A stretch of 64,000 bases of DNA, taken from a virus. Lineage: Duplodnaviria; Caudoviricetes. The notes beneath the pieces are model-generated. The model was not told the origin of the DNA, ran no database searches, and saw only the letters and a list, made by a program, of their open reading frames with translations. Both the position numbers and the translations under genes were made by a program. The stretch is taken from positions 161 to 64,160 of the IMG/VR virus record IMGVR_UViG_3300010885_013353. One strand, given 5' to 3'. Positions 48,009 through 57,289 of this stretch are shown in pieces (position 1 is the stretch's first letter; every line of letters begins with the position of its first letter).

Positions 48009-48048
48009 TGAGACCTGACTGGTCGAAACCGCTCCGGCGGTCTTGTGC
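47999..48048 (+). ncRNA. Type I hammerhead ribozyme
   Basis: GCGCAA-CTGATGA-GACC(tgact)GGTC-GAAA-CCGC(tccg)GCGG-TC-TTGTGC: full core and three stems. Confidence 0.9.
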
Positions 48049-48067
48049 AAACTAACGGAGGCTTACC

Positions 48068-48307
48068 ATGATATTTTTGACCGCTCCTGCTACAGAAGTT
48101 TACTTACACTGGCTGTCCTCAGTGGTTGAGGACTTTGAAAATCACGATCAAGATGCGTGGATTTCCCACGCCGAGGCTATTGCAATCAACACCCGCAAGG
48201 GTGATGACGTTGTAATCGAAGTTCGAGCCAACGAGTCACTGACTGGCAGACCTGAGACCTTCAAGCTTTCCCCCAATTGGTTTTTTACTTTTCCTGTAGA
48301 GGCTTAA
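48068..48307 (+). CDS. Early hypothetical protein
   Basis: GGAGG RBS. Confidence 0.6.
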   Translation: MIFLTAPATEVYLHWLSSVVEDFENHDQDAWISHAEAIAINTRKGDDVVIEVRANESLTGRPETFKLSPNWFFTFPVEA

Positions 48308-48309
48308 TC

Positions 48310-48888
48310 ATGTACAACAATCGCGAGCAGTACCTCAATGCGGCAGTCGATGAACTGCGCTCAGTGTTCGACTCTGTCAACTACCCTTTGCCTGCGCTGA
48401 TTCGCGTGGCTTGCGGGTTTCCCTCTAGCAAGTCCCGCTCACAGCACCGAGCCATTGGTGAGCATTGGTCACCCAGTGCAAGCACTGACGGGCATCATGA
48501 GATTTTGATCTCGCCTGTGATCGATAACCCTGTTGACGTTTTTGCTGTGCTTGTCCACGAACTGTGCCATGCGGCAACAGACGGTGACGGGCATCGAGGA
48601 CGCTTTCCCCATGCGGCTCGCGCCCTGTGGTTAGAGGGCAAACCGACAAGCACCCATGCGGGTGACCTATTCAAGTCGAATTTCGCAGGCTTGATCGAAA
48701 GCTTGGGCGAGTACCCCCACGCCGCCCTGAACGTGGGCTTGCAGAAAAAGACGCAGTCAACACGCATGCTTAAGGCTCACTGCGTGGCTTGTGGATATAC
48801 CGTACGAATCTCTTTCAAGTGGGCATACAAAGACGGCGCACCGAACTTGCCGTACTGCCCGAATGACTCAGTACCACTCATCGTTTAA
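48310..48888 (+). CDS. SprT-like zinc metallopeptidase with C-terminal Zn ribbon
   Basis: LVHELCH...GH...F; RMLK..C..CGY.VR. Confidence 0.8.
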   Translation: MYNNREQYLNAAVDELRSVFDSVNYPLPALIRVACGFPSSKSRSQHRAIGEHWSPSASTDGHHEILISPVIDNPVDVFAVLVHELCHAATDGDGHRGRFPHAARALWLEGKPTSTHAGDLFKSNFAGLIESLGEYPHAALNVGLQKKTQSTRMLKAHCVACGYTVRISFKWAYKDGAPNLPYCPNDSVPLIV

Positions 48889-48906
48889 ACATCGGAGGCT
48901 TACATC

Positions 48907-50286
48907 ATGCGCGGACTCGTCCTTTTCCCCCTGCCCCAACTCAACGCGGCACTGGTCGCTGTTGGTCAGAAACCAGTCGAAAACAAAACGACTGCCATTG
49001 CTCAGCTTGAGACCTTGGTCAACAGCGGGTTGATCAGCTTTGACCAGATCAAGAATATTGCACCACTTCCCCCTGTATCTGCCGTTGACCCTCGCGTTGA
49101 ACGGATTGCAACCGAGGTGACGCGAGTCGAAAAGCTTATGCATTCTGCCCTGAATGAGGTCTCAGACATTCGGCGCAAGACGCAGAGCTTGCAGGGCGTG
49201 GACTACCACAAGGTCAACGACTCGATCCGCTCGACTGTCGCTGACCTGTTCGATCAGTTCAAGCAGACTGCCCACCAGTTCCCTGTGCAGGCGGCGGCGG
49301 TTGCTAAAGCATTCCCCAAGACGCGCAGGGAAGAGGCACAACACGTCTTTGACGGTGACCTCTTCTACAATGATGACGAGGGCAACTTGATCGACTTCAG
49401 CACGCTTGAGGTCGAGGTCTGGGACGATCCTGCCGCCCCTGCACTGGTGACCGACTACGTGTTCAACCCTGCCGCTTTACACCAGACCCTGATCGCCCTG
49501 TCAACCACTCTGCCCCACAACACGTGGTTGGGCGGTGAGCGTGGCACAGGCAAGACCGAGTTCGTGACCCAGATCGCGGCGCGTCTCAAGCGTAAGCTCT
49601 TCCGTATCAATTTTGACGAGGGTCTGGAGCGTTCCGAGTTCATCGGTTCGAACACAATTGAGAACGGTAACGTGGTCTGGAAAGCAGGCACGTTGACTCA
49701 GGCGATCCAGTACGCAGGCTCGATCATCTTGCTCGATGAGGTCGGCTTTGCTCGTGCGCAGAACATCTCCCCGCTCCATGCGGTGACCGAGCGTTCAGTT
49801 CACCGCGCACTGGTGATCGCTGAGACTGGCGAGCGTATCCCTGTTTCGACTGGCGTGGTGTTCTTTGCCGCTGACAACTCGACTGGGCATGGTGACGAGT
49901 CAGGCAATTTTGCAGGGGTGCGTGAGCAAAACAGCGCGTTCTTGGATCGGTTCAGCTATACGCTCCGGTTCAACTACTTGCCAGAGGATCAAGAGGTTGA
50001 CCTGATCACCAAGCGCACAGGCTTAAACGCAGACGCAACGCGCTCATTGGTTAAGTTTGCCAACGTTGCACGTGCCAAGGCTCGACTGGGTCTACTGACA
50101 CAGCCCCCAAGCTTGCGTCAAATCTTTGCATGGGCGGCGGCAATCAAAGGCGGTTTGCCAGTTGGTACAGCGTTCAATAACGCTATCGTCAACAAGTTTC
50201 CAAGCGAGTGCGAGGCTGAATTGCGCGGGATTTTCTCAGCGTCAATCGACTCTGCTCAACTTAAATCTTATTTAGGGGTGCAGTAA
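48907..50286 (+). CDS. MoxR/CbbQ/CobS-like AAA+ ATPase
   Basis: GERGTGKT Walker A, ILLDE Walker B, AFLDRF. Confidence 0.9.
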   Translation: MRGLVLFPLPQLNAALVAVGQKPVENKTTAIAQLETLVNSGLISFDQIKNIAPLPPVSAVDPRVERIATEVTRVEKLMHSALNEVSDIRRKTQSLQGVDYHKVNDSIRSTVADLFDQFKQTAHQFPVQAAAVAKAFPKTRREEAQHVFDGDLFYNDDEGNLIDFSTLEVEVWDDPAAPALVTDYVFNPAALHQTLIALSTTLPHNTWLGGERGTGKTEFVTQIAARLKRKLFRINFDEGLERSEFIGSNTIENGNVVWKAGTLTQAIQYAGSIILLDEVGFARAQNISPLHAVTERSVHRALVIAETGERIPVSTGVVFFAADNSTGHGDESGNFAGVREQNSAFLDRFSYTLRFNYLPEDQEVDLITKRTGLNADATRSLVKFANVARAKARLGLLTQPPSLRQIFAWAAAIKGGLPVGTAFNNAIVNKFPSECEAELRGIFSASIDSAQLKSYLGVQ

Positions 50287-51290
50287 TGAAAGGGATCGAT
50301 GTCAAACGCGGCGTTGCCGCAACAATGGAGCGGATCGTTGCCAACAGTGGCTCAGCTTTCCGCAGTCTTGAAGTCAAGTGGTTCGGCAACACCGCAGGGA
50401 TCAACTTCACCCGCGAGGGTGCGCAGATCGATGCGACAGTCGTGTTCCCGTCCCTTGACGAGCTTGCCGAGGTTGATCGCGGCACGTTCAATAACCTGAT
50501 CGGCTTTGCCATCCATGAGGGTCTGGGTCATGGGCTGTACACAAACAACGAGCCTTGGGATGACGCTCGAACAACGCATGGTCAGTACGTAGGGCAATTG
50601 ATCAACGGTCTTGAAGACCCGCGCATCGAACAACGTGCCATCGACTCAGGCTTTGCACCCAACAGCAAGTTCCTGTTCGAGAATCTGCTGAACGCTGTGC
50701 TTGAGCGTGACGGGTACGTTGAGCCTGATGACCTGAAAAACATCCCGTTCCTGCTCGCGGTCGAGGGTCGGCGTTTAAACGGCTATCACGTCAACGTCCC
50801 ATCGATCACCGATCAGTCACCATTGGCTGTGCATTTACATGAGGCTCTGCAGTCTGCAAAGAAGTCAAGCAACACTGAGGGCGTGGTGCTTGCGGCGGTC
50901 AAGCTTTACGAGCAGATCAAGAAGTACGCAGACGAGCAACAAGGCTCTAAAAGCAAACCCAAGGGGGATGGCAAGGGTGACCAGAAAAAACCGCCTACAG
51001 ACGGTTCTGACGCGTCTCAGGGGGATTCTCAGGGCAACCCACTGGGTCAGCAAGACAAGCAGGACTCTGAGCAAGGCAAGCAGGACTCCGATCAGGGTGA
51101 CCAGTCGGGTGACCAATCCGACAAGAGCGGGGAGAAGGGCGGGTCAAAGGGCAAGTTGGGCGGGGGGCGCAAGGTTGACCCCGCGAGCTTTATTGAATCG
51201 GAAGTTAAGGACAAGGCGATGGCATCAAAGGAAAGGATTCCTCGTCCGTACACAAACAAACCAACCATTGAAAAATTTACTTGGGAGTGA
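50286..51290 (+). CDS. CobT-N-like putative metallopeptidase domain with low-complexity linker
   Basis: GFAIHEGLGH, NGLEDPRIE; D/Q/G/K-rich tail. Confidence 0.7.
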   Translation: MKGIDVKRGVAATMERIVANSGSAFRSLEVKWFGNTAGINFTREGAQIDATVVFPSLDELAEVDRGTFNNLIGFAIHEGLGHGLYTNNEPWDDARTTHGQYVGQLINGLEDPRIEQRAIDSGFAPNSKFLFENLLNAVLERDGYVEPDDLKNIPFLLAVEGRRLNGYHVNVPSITDQSPLAVHLHEALQSAKKSSNTEGVVLAAVKLYEQIKKYADEQQGSKSKPKGDGKGDQKKPPTDGSDASQGDSQGNPLGQQDKQDSEQGKQDSDQGDQSGDQSDKSGEKGGSKGKLGGGRKVDPASFIESEVKDKAMASKERIPRPYTNKPTIEKFTWE

Positions 51291-51292
51291 TC

Positions 51293-52099
51293 ATGAGGCT
51301 CGACAAAGCAAGCTGTGACCGCAAGTTCTTGCAGTATTACAACGATGTTCCGGTAGGCATGGGCGCGACACGAGCGCATCTCCTGCGCATTCTACGGTCG
51401 GTCGATCTGGTCGGTTGGTCTAGCCACGAAGAGTCAGGCAAGCTTGACCGCAAGGCACTGACCCGCTTTGCTACCGGATCAACCACAGTGTTTAAACGGC
51501 GTGACGTGAAAGAGGCTGACACGAGCGCGGTCTCTGTGCTGATCGATTGCAGTTCATCAATGAACGAAGACGGTCGAATACAGGTCGCGCATGGTGTAGC
51601 AATTCAACTGTCGCGCATCTTTGATAAGGCAGGCGTTAACTTTGCGGTGACCGGATTCAAGGGACACAGCACTGCCCAGTACGCACAGCAACGCGGCAAT
51701 GGTGTTGAGTACAGGACTGATGGCGAGGACACTAGGCTGATCCCGTTCAAGACATGGGGCGAGTCGATGCGCTCTGCCTCTTCCAAGCTTGGATCGATCA
51801 GCTATTGGGCAGGCTCAGCAACGCCCGACTATTCCGCTCTTATGCTATCCATCGAAGACCTTGCCAAACAGCGCGAGACGCGCAAGGTTTTGTTTGTGCT
51901 GACAGATGCGGACGGATTCATTCCTGAGCATATCAGGCACGTACAGAACGTTGCCAAACAGCAGGGCATCACCATTGTTGCGGTAGGTATTGGTTCGCAA
52001 GAGATCAAGCAGGTATTCGACAATGCCAGTGCGGCAAACGATCTGCGCGACTTAGGCTCAGCATCATTCAACACATTACTCAAAACACTCAGGAGGTAG
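51293..52099 (+). CDS. VWA-domain protein (CobT C-terminal-like)
   Basis: SGKLD, LIDCSSSM MIDAS, VLTD, AVGIG. Confidence 0.85.
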   Translation: MRLDKASCDRKFLQYYNDVPVGMGATRAHLLRILRSVDLVGWSSHEESGKLDRKALTRFATGSTTVFKRRDVKEADTSAVSVLIDCSSSMNEDGRIQVAHGVAIQLSRIFDKAGVNFAVTGFKGHSTAQYAQQRGNGVEYRTDGEDTRLIPFKTWGESMRSASSKLGSISYWAGSATPDYSALMLSIEDLAKQRETRKVLFVLTDADGFIPEHIRHVQNVAKQQGITIVAVGIGSQEIKQVFDNASAANDLRDLGSASFNTLLKTLRR

Positions 52100-52100
52100 T

Positions 52101-52295
52101 ATGGAATTATCAGAAAAGCTTGCGGCGGCACTGGACGGGGAGGAGCTAGACGATGTCATCCCCGCGCTCGCCATGCTGTTGGCGCAGGCAGGGGCAATGG
52201 CTTGCAACGACAAGGACGTGTTTAGTGGTTACGTCCTAGAGGTGATAAGCAGTGTTTATGATGCGCAGGATTCAATCAACAATTCAATTCAGTGA
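52101..52295 (+). CDS. Hypothetical protein
   Basis: AGGAGG RBS. Confidence 0.55.
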   Translation: MELSEKLAAALDGEELDDVIPALAMLLAQAGAMACNDKDVFSGYVLEVISSVYDAQDSINNSIQ

Positions 52296-52314
52296 CCAAA
52301 CAAGGAGAAATAAA

Positions 52315-52542
52315 ATGAGTACATGGAACTTTAGATTGTTGGACGTAACTGATGATAACGGCGGTGATCCGTACCTTGAGTTGTGCGAGGTGTACTACAA
52401 CGACAAGGGCGATCCTATAGGGTATAGCGAACCCTGCACAGGTAGTGAGACCATCGAGGGTATGTTGGACTTATTGCGGATGCACTCCCTCGCCTTAAAT
52501 AAACCCGTACTAAAGAAGTCTGACTTTAAAAAGGAGCATTAA
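52315..52542 (+). CDS. Conserved small phage protein
   Basis: WN.R....EVYY...G.P..Y...A..KPVL. Confidence 0.65.
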   Translation: MSTWNFRLLDVTDDNGGDPYLELCEVYYNDKGDPIGYSEPCTGSETIEGMLDLLRMHSLALNKPVLKKSDFKKEH

Positions 52543-52543
52543 A

Positions 52544-52894
52544 ATGGACTATTCAAAATTCTTTATCGAGAAAACCAGTGAGGGTTACATGGTGCGCGAC
52601 ATAGTGTCGGACGAGTACCTGTGCGACAGCAATGGCGATAACACGTTCGAGCTTTGGGCGTACGCGCATGATGTCCTACTCACCCACGTTGAGTCACAGA
52701 CTGTCGAGCGGTACATCGATGACCGTTGGTACACCTCAGACGTGCAAGAGGTGCGTCCTGATTTAAACGATGATCAGGCTTGGGAAGTATTGCAATCGAT
52801 CAAACGCAATCATGACGCGACAGTCGGCATTAACTGGGACGTGATCAGTGATACAGCGGATAACCTTTTCCCCCTGCCGGAGGACGAAGAATGA
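52544..52894 (+). CDS. Hypothetical protein
   Basis: W...DV....PDL...QA..VL.....HDA..GINW. Confidence 0.65.
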   Translation: MDYSKFFIEKTSEGYMVRDIVSDEYLCDSNGDNTFELWAYAHDVLLTHVESQTVERYIDDRWYTSDVQEVRPDLNDDQAWEVLQSIKRNHDATVGINWDVISDTADNLFPLPEDEE

Positions 52895-53287
52895 AAACCT
52901 ATCAAGTGCAAGTTCATTACCAAGCAACAGGATATTTCTCGATCATTGCGGAGAGCGAAGAGGATGCATCACAGCAGGCTATCCGCAAAGCGTACTCAGA
53001 ACATCCAGATGACTTGTTTGCTGAAGTGGTTAACGTTGAGGAGGAAACAGAATGAAGACCGTCGGAGATTGGATCGCCTTTGTGGCGGTCTTTGTTGTTG
53101 CGCTCGCTATGCTTGACTGGGCAATTGATATTTTTGTGGAGTTACCATGATGAAATTTAAAATTAATTTTGTAGATGTAATTGATGCCAACACCGAAGAA
53201 GAGGCATACGAAGAGTTGTTGCGCTACCTTGGCGAGGTTGTTAATAACCAAGACGTAACAGCATTTGATTTTGAGCAAGTTAAGTAA
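52891..53287 (+). CDS. Three coupled mini-ORFs (52891-53055; 53052-53150, TM peptide; 53147-53287)
   Basis: ATGA overlaps; I.A.SEE.A and IDA.TEEEA motifs. Confidence 0.5.
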
Positions 53288-53289
53288 AC

Positions 53290-53327
53290 CACCCCCCTTC
53301 TGCTACGGCGGTCGGGGGGTTTTTTTT
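53290..53327 (+). terminator. Rho-independent terminator of the early operon
   Basis: ACCCCCC...GGGGGGT stem followed by a T-run. Confidence 0.8.
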
Positions 53328-53447
53328 CGCCCAAAGAAACCTGACCAGTTCTCTCTCCCTTGTCGTAGGGAACTCCCAGTCATGACTGTTTAAACGATGA
53401 ATCTCTGCCCGGGAGGACTCCCGCCCGGGCGGTCGGCATATGCTTGT

Positions 53448-53927
53448 TTAAACGCTGAGCAGTACGCTGGTGTCCATGTTTATGTAGGCGTTCGTTCGCG
53501 TGGCTGTTCCACCGTTTATTGTTGCTTGTGTGGTCGTGGAATCAATCCGGATAGACGGCACGTACAAACCATTGGCATCGACAAGCTCTTGCACCAACAG
53601 AACATCGGACTGCTTGAGGTACAAGAACCCAACGACTTTGACGCACAACGACTTAGCGATTGACCTTGCCCGCTCAAGCTTGTCGAACGTCACCAACCAT
53701 TCATTGCTGTATGACTGTTTAAACTTCATAAGGTCACAGTCGTACCTGCACTTGGTTTCCACTATCGCCTTGATGCAATTATCCAAAACAAGAAACGCAT
53801 CAACGTCCGCAGGACGATCCTTCGGGGTCTCAATGTACCTGTACTTCGGGTAGGAGATTAGGAATATCTCCTTTGCCCTCTGTTCGTCAGGCAACGTGGT
53901 TTGCCCCCTCGGCGAAAGAATATCCAT
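53448..53927 (-). CDS. PD-(D/E)XK nuclease-like protein
   Basis: DVDA...IVETKCR. Confidence 0.6.
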   Translation of the reverse strand: MDILSPRGQTTLPDEQRAKEIFLISYPKYRYIETPKDRPADVDAFLVLDNCIKAIVETKCRYDCDLMKFKQSYSNEWLVTFDKLERARSIAKSLCVKVVGFLYLKQSDVLLVQELVDANGLYVPSIRIDSTTTQATINGGTATRTNAYINMDTSVLLSV

Positions 53928-54203
53928 TTATTTTTTAGGTTTGTTTGTTTTGACCGTATGGTCTGAGTTGCGGCTAAACGAACGGTTAGCACTTGGGGTC
54001 TTCAGCTTGAGATTGGACTTGGCGTTCGTGCCACCCTTGGATAGAGGCGTTACGTGGTCAATGTCCTTTCCTGTGCGGTCGATACCCTTGGCATCCATTG
54101 CATAACGCGCTCGCTCGCGGACGTTACGCAAGGGTTGTTCGCCACGCTCTTGTTGCTGAGCGTATTCTTTTTTATACGGTCTCTTCTTGTTCACGTATGG
54201 CAT
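53928..54203 (-). CDS. Small HNH endonuclease
   Basis: KDIDH..PLSKGG.N..SNL......NR. Confidence 0.8.
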   Translation of the reverse strand: MPYVNKKRPYKKEYAQQQERGEQPLRNVRERARYAMDAKGIDRTGKDIDHVTPLSKGGTNAKSNLKLKTPSANRSFSRNSDHTVKTNKPKK

Positions 54204-54423
54204 TTCGTTTCTCGATTAAAGATTTATCCATGATGCTACCAACCCAATACCCTGCAGGATTTTTAAGCATCTTCTTGTCCAACATTTCCTGAGCGTTTAA
54301 ACAGCGTCTGTCTACGCCGAAGACGCCGGTTCGGTGTTTCTCAAATGCGTAGTTCGAGTTGAAGTATTCCCTGCACGCACCGCACTGATTCCTACTGCTT
54401 CCAAGTTTCATTTCAAGCCTCAT
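54172..54423 (-). CDS. FDXHR-type zinc-binding protein
   Basis: CGAC..YF....AFEKHR.G....RRC. Confidence 0.7.
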   Translation of the reverse strand: MRLEMKLGSSRNQCGACREYFNSNYAFEKHRTGVFGVDRRCLNAQEMLDKKMLKNPAGYWVGSIMDKSLIEKRNAIREQEETV

Positions 54424-54424
54424 T

Positions 54425-55378
54425 TTAACGTTTAAACACGTAAGTTCCACTGTCCATCAGATCCAGTGGTCTAGCCCTGCTGTCCGATAGATACTGCTTA
54501 CAGCTTGGGTTGTACCACAGGGGTACGCGCCCTTCCCATTCCCCGTGGCGGTTCTTGTCAATTGACAGGATGGCATCGGGCATTGACTGCGCTTCTTTGT
54601 CATCGGGATTCTTCTCTACGGTACGCTCCTTGTGCTTGTTGCGGTAAACGATGATCACTTGGTCGGCAAGGTCGGTCATCGCCCCCGATCCCGCGAGGTC
54701 GAACTTGTTGGGTATCTTCTGCTCGTTCTCTTGTTTGCGGATGTGATGCACAAGGTGAACATGGACGTTGTATTGTTGGGCAAGTTGGGTGATCTGGTTA
54801 ACGAAATCCTTCTGGGCGTTGTAATCATCCACGCCCTTGACGCACTTCATGAGCGAGTCAATGATCACGTGCTTGAGTCCTTTGGATGCGGCATAGCGGA
54901 TCGCGCCGTAGATTATCCTCGTCTCGATATTGCCTTGGTGATTGAACACGTACCCCGCGCACAGCATAAAGTCCATGAACTTGTTCAGGATCATATCGGT
55001 AGGCTGATCATTCATACAAGCCTGTATCGCCATCCGTTTTAAGGTAGCCAAGGGCTTCATCTCAAGGGAAATGTTTAGCACTCCCTCGCCCTGCGCGATC
55101 CATCCAAGGCTCACCATGCCAAGCAGTTGCGACTTGCCATGACCGTTGATCCCTGCCCAGATGGTCGTTTCACCTGTCCGGAAACGGATGTTGAAATGCG
55201 TTGATCCCCAAGGAAGTTTCGCACCCGTCACTTGGTCGGGGCTTTTAAAGCTATCGATAAGCTCGTCCCTGAACGTACTGCCATCGTATACCTTGGCTTG
55301 AACCTCATCGTCCACTGTGTAGGGGATGATGCTATCGCCGTTGATAATTTGAAGAGCTAAACTTTCGTAGTCTCTCAT
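54425..55378 (-). CDS. DnaB/Twinkle-like SF4 helicase
   Basis: GINGHGKS, ISLEM, IIDSL, HLVHH, GSG...D, KNR.G. Confidence 0.85.
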   Translation of the reverse strand: MRDYESLALQIINGDSIIPYTVDDEVQAKVYDGSTFRDELIDSFKSPDQVTGAKLPWGSTHFNIRFRTGETTIWAGINGHGKSQLLGMVSLGWIAQGEGVLNISLEMKPLATLKRMAIQACMNDQPTDMILNKFMDFMLCAGYVFNHQGNIETRIIYGAIRYAASKGLKHVIIDSLMKCVKGVDDYNAQKDFVNQITQLAQQYNVHVHLVHHIRKQENEQKIPNKFDLAGSGAMTDLADQVIIVYRNKHKERTVEKNPDDKEAQSMPDAILSIDKNRHGEWEGRVPLWYNPSCKQYLSDSRARPLDLMDSGTYVFKR

Positions 55379-55695
55379 TGTTTACACCTTATGATTTCCA
55401 TTTCGCAGCCGTCGTCCCAGCAAAGCACAGACGGTTTAAACGTCAATACACGCTCAGCAAATGATCGGACGCGCTCGCTGTTTGCGCCTACGATATGCAC
55501 TTGAAGATCACGCAAGGCATTAAAAGATAGTTTGGCAGGGTCATCAGTTGAGTCAACAAACATAACGTTAACTGGAAACTTCTTCATGACCTCGCCTTTC
55601 TTGATCCGGTATGGCATAGCGTCAACGTAAAAGAACACCTTGTTTAAACGCTCACCCTTCTTTGCTGCTGTCAAAATATCGTTGTAGCCTTGCAT
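55375..55695 (-). CDS. Hypothetical protein in the replication module
   Basis: Coupled between initiator and helicase. Confidence 0.55.
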   Translation of the reverse strand: MQGYNDILTAAKKGERLNKVFFYVDAMPYRIKKGEVMKKFPVNVMFVDSTDDPAKLSFNALRDLQVHIVGANSERVRSFAERVLTFKPSVLCWDDGCEMEIIRCKQ

Positions 55696-56339
55696 CACCA
55701 ATCCCTCCAGTCTGCAGACAGCTTTGTCTGTTTTTCACCTACCCACTCAGCTTTGAATCCAGTCCATCCTCTTGCACAGATTTCCTGTAACGCATCGTTC
55801 AAAGTCATGTTTGCTTTCTTTGCTTCGCGTTCAATACCTTGGATTGCAGTATCGGTAATGGATGCTTTCTTTGCTTTTCGTTGCCGAACAAAGTCATCCC
55901 AAACAGACTGTGATACGCCGTCAGGCGGTGTAGTATTTATATTGTTTATTGGTTTATGGTTATTGGTTAGTTGCACACTCGTTGTACCAACGTTCAACGG
56001 TCGTTCAACAGCCCCGTGTTTATTAGCTTTCCTGACCTCTGCACTTTTCTTTCCTGCTAAACTCGCAAACTTTAACTTGTTGTGGTAGTCGCGAATTTGC
56101 TCGTCTGCCCGCTTGTTTACCCACCCTTTTTCGGTCAATAAAAAGTACTCGTTAAGCACCCGTTCAACGTCCGTTGAACACTCGCTCAACCCGATTATTG
56201 ATGCGGGATTGTCTTTTGGGATAGGCTTTTCTTGGAGGTAGTACAGGTCAAGTAAACGCCTGTATGCCAAGTCTTGCATCGGCGTGAGGTAGCGAGTATG
56301 GCTCGCGTAATCACCAATATTGAATTGATAGTAATGCAT
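55695..56339 (-). CDS. DUF1376/YdaU-family replication initiator-like protein
   Basis: MHYYQFNIGDY..HT..L...DLAYRRLLD.YY; W.DF...RK.K; GW.GFKAEW. Confidence 0.85.
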   Translation of the reverse strand: MHYYQFNIGDYASHTRYLTPMQDLAYRRLLDLYYLQEKPIPKDNPASIIGLSECSTDVERVLNEYFLLTEKGWVNKRADEQIRDYHNKLKFASLAGKKSAEVRKANKHGAVERPLNVGTTSVQLTNNHKPINNINTTPPDGVSQSVWDDFVRQRKAKKASITDTAIQGIEREAKKANMTLNDALQEICARGWTGFKAEWVGEKQTKLSADWRDW

Positions 56340-56341
56340 GG

Positions 56342-56830
56342 CTATCTTCCCCCATGACAAGCGAACTCACCATGATGCTGTTCACGAGCCAGACGGCAGC
56401 ACTGATCCGCTAAATTGACATCCCTGAACCTGCCAAGAGTTTTTACTTTTCCGTGAATGCGAATCCTCGCAACCCATTTTTGAGTAGATTTCTCCCAGTA
56501 AACGCCTTTTATTTTTGACTTGCTTGTGCTTTTAAAGTTTGCATTGTATTGATTTTGCTGAACGGTAGCTGCACGTAAGTTTTCAATTCTGTTGTCATCC
56601 TTAATGCCGTTGATGTGATCAATGACATCCGGAAAAAATCCATGAAACATCAAAAAAATAAGTCGGTGTTCCATGTATGACTTGCTACGGACTGTTATTT
56701 TTCTATAACCCCTAGCATTTTTTGTCCCCGCTCTGACCCCATACAGTTGGGGTTTTTGTAGAATGATTGCATTCCAATACAACGCACCGTTGTTGTATAC
56801 AAACAATCCCTTGACCAATTCTTGGTTCAC
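56342..56830 (-). CDS. HNH homing endonuclease with AP2-like domain
   Basis: HRLIF...IDHING.K.DNRIENLR...KGVYW...KW.ARI...LG.F. Confidence 0.9.
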   Translation of the reverse strand: MNQELVKGLFVYNNGALYWNAIILQKPQLYGVRAGTKNARGYRKITVRSKSYMEHRLIFLMFHGFFPDVIDHINGIKDDNRIENLRAATVQQNQYNANFKSTSKSKIKGVYWEKSTQKWVARIRIHGKVKTLGRFRDVNLADQCCRLAREQHHGEFACHGGR

Positions 56831-56834
56831 ATAG

Positions 56835-56945
56835 CCGCCAATAAAAAAAGCCTTAGTTAGCATCCTCACCGTTTTAAGGTGTTGGCGGACTTGTGGACAC
56901 AAGCAGGACGCTAACTAAGGCTTGTCCAATGAATCACCCCCGCCA
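56835..56945 (-). ncRNA. C4/CI-like antisense RNA with flanking target boxes
   Basis: 19-bp stem, two inner hairpins, CCGCCAA in the junction, TTGGCGG upstream and downstream. Confidence 0.65.
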
Positions 56946-57289
56946 AGGGATGTACTGATTTTGCACTACATCAAAACAAAAGTAAAGCGTGGGGGTCACA
57001 TAAAGCAGTGTCGAAATCAAAGAGTGGCGAGAGTGCGAGTGCCTGCCAAGGTACTCATGTATCCCATACCATACAAGGAGCTAACCCTCGTATCCCCCAC
57101 ACCGCTAAATTATCACAACAATTATATACGAACGTTCGTAATCAAACAATAGCCACACAGAGTCGCAAACATAAGTATTGATCTTGCATTTTATTGGTGT
57201 ATTATTGCAATACTTTCCCGTGATTAAGCCTCCGTGAAATAGATCTGTTCAGGGTCGGTAAAGGCAGGTGTCCCCCTCGGCATCTGCCT

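Noticed and set aside
48907-52099. Cobalamin biosynthesis genes (cobS/cobT)
   Set aside because: No cobN or other pathway genes; generic MoxR/VWA set
55990-56180. CGTTCAAC repeats within the initiator gene as a defined origin
   Set aside because: Only three or four short copies; compatible with lambdoid iterons but too weak to call
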